Shown piece after piece: positions 10,328-22,000 of a stretch of DNA of 64,000 nt. This stretch comes from Bacillota bacterium. Its GTDB lineage: Bacteria > Bacillota > Clostridia > Christensenellales > CAG-917. A program made the position numbers and the translations under genes. Position 1 is the stretch's first letter. Every line of letters begins with the position of its first letter. Under the pieces are notes generated by a model. It saw only the letters and a program-made list of their open reading frames with translations. It did not search any database and was not told the origin of the DNA. The DNA is taken from contig JAMPEA010000006.1 in assembly GCA_023665365.1 (NCBI GenBank), positions 5,336-69,335 on the forward strand. Reading direction: 5' to 3'.

Positions 10328-11276
10328 GTATCCTTTCTTTTATTTTGGCTTGGTCAACGCCGTTTTTGATGCCCGCGACCGCGAGCTTTGCCACGCGTAT
10401 CTGCGTGACTTTGGTAAGATAGTACGCCACGATGGGCGCGACGCCGAAAAGGTCGTCCTTTTCGTCCTTCCACATTTTGAGCAAGGCGTTATCGACAGTC
10501 ACTTCGAACGCGACAAGATTGTTTTCGTCAACGGCTTTATTCACCCAATCGCCGTAGTAGGTGCGGCGGCACTTTTCTTTGAGCGCGTCGAGCGACTGCT
10601 CGTATATGGACGGCAAAAAGTCAAGCTCGCCGCCCTCTATAAAGCCCTCGGCAAAATACGCCTTGGACAGTCCCAAACGCTTGCACCTCAAAAACGCGTT
10701 GATATTTGCGGCGTCCGCCTTGACGGTGAAATACTTCCTTTGGATTTTTTCGCTCTTTTTGAAAGTGGAAAAAACGTATTCGTATAACGCCTTATCCGCA
10801 ATGCAATCTACCTTATGCGGAGATACGCTATCTGTCGTAGCAAGTTTTTTAAGCTCGGCGACAGCGTTTGAAAAATGCGCGGGAACGTCGTGTTTGCCGT
10901 CCTGCTCCACCCAGCTTTTCACCTCGTCGAACTCGTATTTGCCGCTCGGAGCTTTGACGGCGGGTTTGCCCGTGACGCTGCTTTTAAACGCGGATTTGAG
11001 ATTTAAAAAGTCATATTCCGCCAAGAACGCGTCGAGCGCTCCGTCCACGTTGAACTCCTTTAAAAACTCTGCGGCGCGCGTCTCCTCCACGCAAAACAGC
11101 GCGTCGAAATCGCCGTCCGCAACGGACGCGCCCGAGCCGAAGCCCATATCCGCAAGCGCCTTAAACGCGGCTTCCGCCGAGGTACAGTCAAGCAGTCTCC
11201 CCACCGATTGCGAGGAGAACAGCGAAGTTTCCATACTCTTGACTCTTGCGTTTTGGTATACGAACTTGTCAGACAT
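10311..11276 (-). CDS. ntpC: V/A-type ATPase subunit C
   Basis: YQNARVKSME N-terminus and [10 protein letters not shown]-terminus; operon position. Confidence 0.92.
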   Translation of the reverse strand: MSDKFVYQNARVKSMETSLFSSQSVGRLLDCTSAEAAFKALADMGFGSGASVADGDFDALFCVEETRAAEFLKEFNVDGALDAFLAEYDFLNLKSAFKSSVTGKPAVKAPSGKYEFDEVKSWVEQDGKHDVPAHFSNAVAELKKLATTDSVSPHKVDCIADKALYEYVFSTFKKSEKIQRKYFTVKADAANINAFLRCKRLGLSKAYFAEGFIEGGELDFLPSIYEQSLDALKEKCRRTYYGDWVNKAVDENNLVAFEVTVDNALLKMWKDEKDDLFGVAPIVAYYLTKVTQIRVAKLAVAGIKNGVDQAKIKERIRELYA

Positions 11277-11277
11277 A

Positions 11278-11853
11278 TCAGCCGAATAATTCCTTTGCTA
11301 TCTGCATTTCGGTTTCCTCGCGCAGAAGCGCGATTTCCACGTCGAAAGTTAGATTTTTATCTACGCCCTTGCCGCGCAAAATCATTCCGTCGAAGTCGCC
11401 GTACTCGTCGGACAGCGTAAGCGAAATGCCCTTGACCGCGCCTACGCCCGCAACGTCGCTTGCGCTTATAAGGTCTTTTTGCCCTTTGCCCAAGGTAACT
11501 GCGTCGCCGTCCTCGGCGACCGCGCCGAGCATAGACAGAAGCAGACGGCGAAGCGTATCGCCGTTAAGCGCGGCGAGTTTTTCGGTCGCGCGCGAATACA
11601 CGCCGTCGAGCAGTTTTGTCTTAGCCGCAAGCATAATCTTTTTCGCGTCAAGTTCGGCAACGGTTTTCGAGCGCGCCTCTATATCGGCGACCATCTTGTC
11701 CGTTTCCGCCTTGTATCTGAAAATGTACGACTTGCAGTACTGCGCCGCCTCTGCGAGTATGTCGTCGGCTTTCGCTTTCTGTTCCTGAACAAAGGAATTC
11801 GCGCGGGTTTTGGCGTCGGATATGATTTTTTGTACGATGCTTTCTTTGCTCAT
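11278..11853 (-). CDS. ntpE: V/A-type ATPase subunit E
   Basis: ESIVQKIISDA, helical N-half, GMIL...NLTFD ending LFG. Confidence 0.9.
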   Translation of the reverse strand: MSKESIVQKIISDAKTRANSFVQEQKAKADDILAEAAQYCKSYIFRYKAETDKMVADIEARSKTVAELDAKKIMLAAKTKLLDGVYSRATEKLAALNGDTLRRLLLSMLGAVAEDGDAVTLGKGQKDLISASDVAGVGAVKGISLTLSDEYGDFDGMILRGKGVDKNLTFDVEIALLREETEMQIAKELFG

Positions 11854-11855
11854 AC

Positions 11856-14373
<2,518 letters not shown>

Positions 14374-14375
14374 TG

Positions 14376-14720
14376 TCAGTCTTGAACGGTTTGTTCGTCA
14401 ATAATATATTTGGCAAGTAGAATTTCTACGACCTTATCCGCACATTCCTCGACGGCGGGCTTTTTTTCCTCGATGAAATACTCGGCGTCCTCGGCGCCTT
14501 TTTTCAAAATTTCGTCGGTCTTTTCGGCGGCGCGTTCGCGTGCGCTTTGCAGGATATTTGCCCTATCCTGCTTACATTCGCCGATAGTGGCTTTCTTCTC
14601 CGCCTCGGCGTCCGCCTCGGCTTTGAGCACGATGTTTTTGCCGCGTTGATAGGCGTTCTTTTGCATCTTTTCCGCCTTTTCCTCGGCTTCTCTCACGTCT
14701 TTAAGCACGTCGTCTATCAT
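14376..14720 (-). CDS. ntpF: V/A-type ATPase peripheral stalk subunit G/H (E. hirae NtpF)
   Basis: Charged coiled coil VREAEEKAE; first gene of the ntp order FIKECGABD. Confidence 0.8.
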   Translation of the reverse strand: MIDDVLKDVREAEEKAEKMQKNAYQRGKNIVLKAEADAEAEKKATIGECKQDRANILQSARERAAEKTDEILKKGAEDAEYFIEEKKPAVEECADKVVEILLAKYIIDEQTVQD

Positions 14721-15166
14721 AGATTACCCTCTTCGATGTCGCTTATCATATCCAATCGCCTCTGATGCCTGCCGCCCTCGTATTCGGCGGTGAACCAAGC
14801 CTCAACGATTTTCTCCGCCTCGGCGGGAGTGACAACTCTGCCCCCGAGCGCGATTATATTTGCGTTGTTGTGATTTTTGGTGAGCTTAGCCATATAGGTA
14901 TTCGTCACGACAGCCGCCCTTATCCCTTTGACCTTGTTTGCGGCAATGGAAATGCCAATGCCCGTGCCGCACATAACTACGCCGAGGTCGCACTCGCCCG
15001 AGGCGACCGCCTTTGCAACCTTCTCGCCGTACAGCGGATAATCGACCGAACTTTCGTCAAAACAACCGAAGTCCTTCACTTCCGCCCCCAAGCGTTCGAG
15101 CGTACTTACAACGCTGTCTTTCAGCACAAAACCGCCGTGGTCGCACCCGATAGCAACTTTAACCAT
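14717..15166 (-). CDS. rpiB: Ribose-5-phosphate isomerase B
   Basis: IGCDHGG, SVDYP, CGTGIGISIAANK, HNNAN and GGRHQRR motifs. Confidence 0.97.
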   Translation of the reverse strand: MVKVAIGCDHGGFVLKDSVVSTLERLGAEVKDFGCFDESSVDYPLYGEKVAKAVASGECDLGVVMCGTGIGISIAANKVKGIRAAVVTNTYMAKLTKNHNNANIIALGGRVVTPAEAEKIVEAWFTAEYEGGRHQRRLDMISDIEEGNL

Positions 15167-15318
15167 AACAAAGCTCCCTAATAATTTAGTTTATTATACT
15201 ACGATAGTTTTTAAAAATCAACTTAAATCGGTTTTCATAGGCTTGATTAAATAAAAATTAAATGTATTATTATGTAATTATATATATAAAAAATATAAGT
15301 GATATAGATAACTATATA

Positions 15319-15700
15319 AGCTGTGCGTCGTGTACTCTAAAATATATAGCCCACCCCTTCCGACTTCGCGGTTTGCAAGGCAATCCCGCTCGTTCGCTTT
15401 GGCTACAAACAATCCACTGGATTGTTTGCTTAACGCGTCGCGCCCTTTGGGCTTTCCATTTCACTTTTTATAGCGCGCGCGTTTCGGGGTCCCCACAAAA
15501 TGTCCCTATTTTGTGGGGTATAGTATCGTCCACTCGACGCTTACAGCGCGAGATTATGCCACTCGTTCGCGGAAATTAAAACAACAATTTTCCGCTCACT
15601 TGTACTCATTCTGGCACTTGGCACTCCCTTCCTCCGCGCCCTGCGCGTCGCGTTCTAAACGTCGTAACAACTTTGCGTCGTGCTCACCCTCACTCAAACT
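15319..15700 (-). ncRNA. Family F structured element, copy 1 (candidate ncRNA or non-autonomous mobile element)
   Basis: Blocks shared with 32047-32470 (46 nt with 1 mismatch; 35 nt identical); covarying hairpin 15569-15595; carries nested family B (15486-15519) and an AAACAATCCACTGGATTGTTT palindrome (15407-15427). Confidence 0.55.
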
Positions 15701-15709
15701 TTAAACCTC

Positions 15710-15896
15710 AAAAGCTCGCGTAAAACTCTGCAATTTAGATACAGTACGCGAAAGGAGCGATTTTATCTTTTTTCAAACCTATAAAAAACTTGCATAAGCG
15801 CGATAAATTATAAATATAAAAGCTCGCGTAAGCGCGATATTTAGATGAAGAACGCGAAAGAGGCGTTTGTTAGCTGTCTCAAATCGCAAAAATTAT
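15710..15896 (+). repeat. Array of truncated family A left arms
   Basis: AAAGCTCGCGTAA...ATTTAGAT...CGCGAAAG at ~15711 and ~15819, a degenerate unit at ~15785, then the full element at 15897. Confidence 0.8.
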
Positions 15897-16043
15897 AAAA
15901 AGCTCGCGTAAACCCTGTAATTTAGATGAGATGCGCGAAAAAGCCCCGTTTCAAGTCGCCTAGTGTACTAACGTACACGACGACGAAGAAACGGGGCTTT
16001 GACAAAGCATATCGCTAAATTACAGGGTTTACGCGAGCTTTTT
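15897..16043. repeat. Family A hairpin element (complete copy A2) overlapping the stop codon of the giant gene
   Basis: Perfect 29-bp outer inverted repeat (15897-15925 / 16015-16043); inner stem AAGCCCCGTTTC/GAAACGGGGCTT; apical GTGTAC/GTACAC. Confidence 0.9.
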
Positions 16044-19000
16044 GAGTTTCGACTTGCGCAACACAAACGCCACCACCGTCCACACAACCGCGATTGCAAC
16101 CAAACTTGCGCCGACGGCAATCAAGATGATTTGCCATAGCGGCATAACGTTTGCTGTGAACTCGACGAATACGAGCGCGCCGAGGTAGTCGGTGGTATAG
16201 GTAATCTTTCCGTCGGCCACGGTGTAGCCTTCAAGGAGTTTGAGCCCGCCGTCTGCGGTGACGGTGTAGATTGCCTTGTCTTTCAAATCGCCGACGGTCT
16301 CGGGGACGGCGACGCTTACTTCAACACTTCCGCCGTTGAGCGTGACGGGCGTATCGTCGCAGTAGATTTCAAGTTTGACGATGGATGAGAGTTTGGCTTG
16401 GTTGTTGATATGCGGCATATACTCGTTGACGTCGCTCCAAAGCCCCAAATCCGTGCCGCTGCCCTTATCCTGCGTAATCTCTTTTGCGACGAGCCTATTT
16501 GCGACGATATTCGAGCCGACGTTGATGCTCGCGTCGGAGGCTTCGACGTTCTTGGTGGTGAGCACGAGTACGCCCTGTGCGCCCACGAGCTTATAGTTGT
16601 TTTCGTCGAGGTCGCCCTTTACAATCTTGATTGAGAAGGGGTATCTGCCTGCGGATGTGATTTCCTTATCGAAGGAAAGCACGGTCTGAGATTTGGGCAG
16701 TTGCAACGCCGCGTCCAATCCCGACATATTTATGATGTCATATGCGATTTCATAGCTCGTCTTAGCGCTGTCGTACTCGGCGGTCAAGGTCTTGACGGAG
16801 GTATTTGGGACTTCCGTATAGCCGACGTTTGAAATAATCACGTCCACAGTAGCCGTCAAAATCTTGTAGGTCACGGCGACCGTATCCGTCGCATAGTTGG
16901 GATAATCGTCCGCGAAGCTACTGTTAAGCTCGATTGTCACGCGATAAGTGCCGGCGTTGCGCATCTCGTCAACGGCTTCGTAGTCTTTGCCGCGCAGGAC
17001 GGCGTAAGAGATATTCACGTGATTTGCGGACAAATCGCAGACGGAGCTAATCATCTTGTTTACGCCCTCGCCGCCGACTTCGTAGGCATAGGGCTTGCCA
17101 TCGTAGTATTTGGAAGTCGTCACAGCCGAGAGTTGCGCGTTCGCTCTTGCAACGAAGATAGAAACTTCGTCGCCGCTAATCCAGAGATTGCAGTATCCGC
17201 GCGGGTCGCCCTCGTCGATTTTGATTGCTCTCCTGACGACGACGTGTCCGACGTACGCGCTGTCGGAAGCGTTTATGACTTCGACGGCTTCGTCGGCGTT
17301 GCCCAAGCCTATTTCGTCGCCCGCGGCGAGCGCGCCGAGAATGAGATTTTTCACTTGGTTGCTGCCGTCGTAGGTGAAGTTGAACGCATTGTTTTCAGCG
17401 CCGCGCAAGGTCAAGCCCGCCATGTCGGGGAGTTTGATTTCAAGCGTGGACGCGGCGGATTTGAACGGATACATTGCGCCGCTTTCGTCGCCCGCGACAG
17501 CGTAGGTCGTCATGACGTTGCCGTCTGCGACCTCGAAGCCCGTGCCGAGAATGACGTTGTAGTTTGAAGATGCATAGTCCGCGTTTTCGGGAGCGAACAC
17601 GCGAGCCGCGTAGATTTCGTCATCGCCGAGCCCGACGTTGATGCCGTCGCCTTTGCTTATAAGCGCGTATTTGTAGGCGGATTGATAGGTGTTGAGGTCA
17701 ACGATTTCGTCGGCATTTTCCGCGCCGAGCATAATCCACTCGCCCGTTGTGAGATTGAGTACGCCCCATCTGACTTCGGGCAGTACGCCTACGAAAGTAT
17801 TGTGCGCGTTTTCGCCTGCCGCGAAGCCCTCGCCGCCGTCCTTATTGAGGTAGAACAGTTCCACGGTCGGGTCGATGTCGCCGTAGGTCTTGGAGTAGTT
17901 TTTGCCTATCGTCAAAGTGCCCGTAGTCGTGACGTAGAGGTCCTTTTGAGCGACGGTGAGAACGCTGTTGCCCTCGGTATTCGTCTCGCTGTACTTGGGC
18001 TGGAACACGAAGTTATCAATCGCGGTGACGGCGAGGTTGTACGTCAGCGAACTTTCGCCCGCTTTGGGGACGGGGTTTTCAAAGGTGACGTTCACTGTGG
18101 GCAACGAGGATACGGACAGTCTTATATAGTATTTATCCAAATCGTTTTGGTTCACTTCGCCGTCGTACTTGTTAAAGCCGTTGAGCGTTTCGCCGTCCTT
18201 GACGATGACGTACATGCTTGCCGCAAAGTCCTTTTTATAATCGGCGAATTTAAAGCCCATCATATCTTCGAACTGTTCGAGCGCCAAGTAGAGTTGTCCC
18301 TCCCACTCGGTCAACAGATACAAGCCGTCGGAATTGGCTTCACTTGTGTTGTTGCCGTGCGCCAAGTAGGTGACGTCGCCGACAATTTTGTTGAGCGCCG
18401 TGCCGTACTCGACGTTGCCGTCGTTGAGGATAGCGTCGATAGGACGTCTTATAATTTCGCCCTTGTGCCTTGCCGGAGTGATATTGTCGTCTATGCTGTA
18501 ATTGAGATAGTCTTTGCTGGTTTCATTGTTTTCGTCGGCAGGACCGATTCCGCCGGGAGTAAACTCAACGTAGTTTGCATAAGTGGAGGAGTTTTCGTAT
18601 TTTGCAACGACTCTGACTACGCTTACGTCGTCGCCGGGGATTACGCCTACGACTCCGCCCTCTATATAGCTGTAATCAACGTCCTCTACGCCGTAGAAGT
18701 ACGTCGTTCCGTCGTACATTTTGGTAAACGCGTCTTCGTTTATCACGTCGATAGCGTCCGAGGAAATGGACAACCCTTTCTGGTTGATTTTGCCGTAGCC
18801 GTTGACGTAGGTCATAGCCGCGGGGAGCGATTTGATGACCTCGGCATCGCTATCGTCATAACCGTCGTATGCGGAATATATCGCGTAGACCTCGCCCACG
18901 TCTTCGAGCGCGTATCTGCCTGCGACCGCGCCCGCCGCGAACGCATTAGCTATTGCGACCTTGTTGTTGTCGTTGATTGCGATATATTTGTCCGCCGTCG

Positions 19001-22000
19001 GGAGCGCGTAGTAGCAATAATCCACGTTATAGTAATTTCCCTCATCGTCCTGCGGCGGGACTTCGCCGTAGTGAAGCACGCCCTCAAAATCGACGTATGC
19101 CAGATAGTCGCCCAAGCCCAAATAGTTGCCGTCGGCATCCTTATATTTTCCGTTATCGTCGGGGGCAATATATTTATCGGTTGTGATAGCAAGCACGTAG
19201 TTGACGATGCGGCTGCTCGTATATGTGCCGAGCTCGGGGTTGAACACAGTGCCCTCTTTGCCGACGACCTGCTCGCCGTCGATGGCGACGTTTTTATCGA
19301 TATAGTAGGCGGTTTTGTCGTAAACCACTACGTCGTATCCGCCGCGCGAGTCCATGCCGATCATCGTTTCTGTTTTCAGCTCGAACTTGACATTGTTGCT
19401 TGCGCCCTCTATCAACGCTTTGCCGTTGTACTCTTTTTCGCCCAAATCGACGGTGAAGCCGATAGGTCTTGGGAGAATGTTTGCGATGCGTGTTCTTTCT
19501 GTCGCGGACAGGAAGTAGTTGTTGAGCAAGTGCTCGTGACCGACCTCTGCGACAAGCTCGAACTTATCGATTGTGACGCGCAGATTCGTACCCACGTTTG
19601 ACCCATTAAACGTGCCGATGGCTTTGATAGAGAGGTACTTTGCCTGCTCCTGCCCATCGTCCTCGATGATGCCGGAGTTTTTAAGGGTAATCTTGACGTC
19701 GGCGGTGTTGTAGCCGTCGTAGACCTTATCCTTGATGACTATATTGTTGTCAAGGACTTTGACTTCCTTGCGGCTGATTGTAAGAACGTCGAACAGCTCG
19801 TAGTCATTTACTTTGTTTTCCTCGCCGATTTCGACGGTGACGTAGCTTCCGTCAACGGTCATACTGTACATGACGTAGTTTCCAAGGTCCACGCCCTCCG
19901 CGAGGAGCTTGACCCCGCGCACGATGACGTCGCGCTTGATGAGATTGCCGTTGTTCTCGTCGATGAGGACGTTTGCATTTTCAACGCCGTCCTTGGAGAG
20001 GAAATATTCGATATCGCCTTCGTTTGTGATTTTTTCAAGCTCGTCCATGAGGTCGAACGTATAGTTTTCGGCGATGAACTCGTAGGTATATTCGTGCCCG
20101 CGGGACGGTTCGACTTTCGCCTTGCCGTTGTACTCTCTGTCCTTAAAGACGACGTTGGGGATGAGTTTCGCCTTGTTTACGGTGACTTTTAACGCGTTGT
20201 CGCCCGAGTAGTAGGCGTTGAGCGCCTCTAAGTCGAGCTTGTAGTTGTCGCTGCTGACGTAAGACTCGTCGGTGATTTCGACGGAATGGTCAATGCCCGC
20301 GTTGACGTTGCCGTCGTTGATTTTAGTGAAGATATTGACGCTTACGATATTGACGTCCTCGTCGGCGAGCGCGCCGTGAGCGAGGGTGATTTCGGTACGT
20401 TTCACGTCCGCTTTCGAGGTGTAATCTTGCGCGACGGGTTTAATTGACACGAAGTCGTCCGCGCCGAGTATCTTTTGCGTGATAGAGGCGGCGAGGTCCT
20501 TGATATTGATGCGCACGCCCTCGTTTTCGATGATGGTGATTTGGATAGTCTCGTCGTAGTACGCGTCGGTATCCTTAATTTCGATACTGCCCTCCTCCTT
20601 GATGCCGGGGAAGTCGAAGAAAAGCGTAATCTCGACGTAGTAGCTATTCACGTCGGCTTTCGGGAATGTCGTGCCGCTGATGAGGTGCGAGGCTGACGTA
20701 CCCCAGAGGCGATACAGCATAGTAGAGCCGCCGTTCGCGTCGGAGCGGTTTTTGATTTGGATATTTTGCGCGTAGATGCCCGTGCCGCCGTCGTAGACCT
20801 TGGACACTGAGAAGTCCGACTTATAAATTGCGATTGCGCCCATGGAAATCGTGATGCGAGCGGATTTTTCGTAGGGCTTGTTGTTGAGGTAGTAGATGAC
20901 GACCTTGACGTTAACGTTTTGGCTGTTGAAGTCGAGTTTAGTAGAGTCGGTGATGAGCGTATCGCCGTTCCACAGCTCGTTTTGGGGGTCGTCGCTCGGG
21001 AGGTTGCTGTCGTTGACGATAGTGCCGAGGCGGTAGTTGTTTGCCGACGAACCTTCGAGGCGGAGATTTGTGAAGATAATGCCTACGTTGGTAGGTTCGC
21101 TCATCGAGCCTACGCCGGTATACACCGCGTCGAAAGCGAGGCGGAGGTCGTCGATAGCCCTTACGAGCTCGCTCGAAAGGTTATAAGCGAGGGTCGCGCC
21201 AAAGTCCACCGTATTTGTGTTGTCGAACGCCCTATTGACGCCGACGAAGTTTTGGACGCGGAGGTTGACGGCTTTCTGCTCGATGACGAATTTCTTTGCG
21301 GTATCGAGCAAAGCTCTGACGGTGAAGCCGCTGTTGGAGCTTGTAAACGCCGATCCGACCGCGAAGCTGTAATAGTCGCCGTTGCCGCCGATGATGAAGC
21401 CGTTGTTGTAAGTTGCGGGGTCGTACTGCTCGCCGAACGCGCGGAAAGCGCCGTTATTTGCGTAGCGACCTCTGACGTAAGCGCCGGAGATGGTGCTTCT
21501 TATATCCGTCCTGCTAATGCCTGCGTAGCTTTCGCCAATGGGGAAGTCCTTGCCGTTGATAGACACGATAACGTAGTCGAAATTAAATCCGCTATCGGAG
21601 TTGCCGTAGATTTTGCTATCGTCTCTATTCGTAGGTCTGATGACAATCTCGACGGGGTTTACTCTTATGGTAAACGTGCCGACGACGACTCTATTTTCGA
21701 GTTCCTCGTTGCCGTTGAGGAGTTTCGCGTCCGAGACGACGACGTTATAGCTGCCCGCGCCGAGGTATCCGTCGGCGAGGTTGACAGTCCACGAAACGTC
21801 TGTGAAATCGGGCATTGTGGGAAGCTCTGTACTCTCGACCAAATAGCCGTTGTCGTGCAGGTATTTATAGGTCAATTCTTTGCCTTGGATTTGTCCGTAG
21901 AGGAAGTCGAGGCTGACGCCGTCCCTTATATTGATGATGACAGCGTCGGGATTGCCGATATAGATATAGTAGATTGCGCCCTCGGCGAGGGTGATAATCA

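Noticed and set aside
15319-15700. Group II intron remnant, tRNA, tmRNA or RNase P RNA
   Set aside because: No domain V consensus, GTGCG intron start at a boundary, cloverleaf or GAGGAAAGTCC motif found by eye.
15897-16043. Integron attC sites
   Set aside because: No RYYYAAC/GTTRRRY core boxes at the ends, no integrase in the window, and the adjacent genes include core operon genes.
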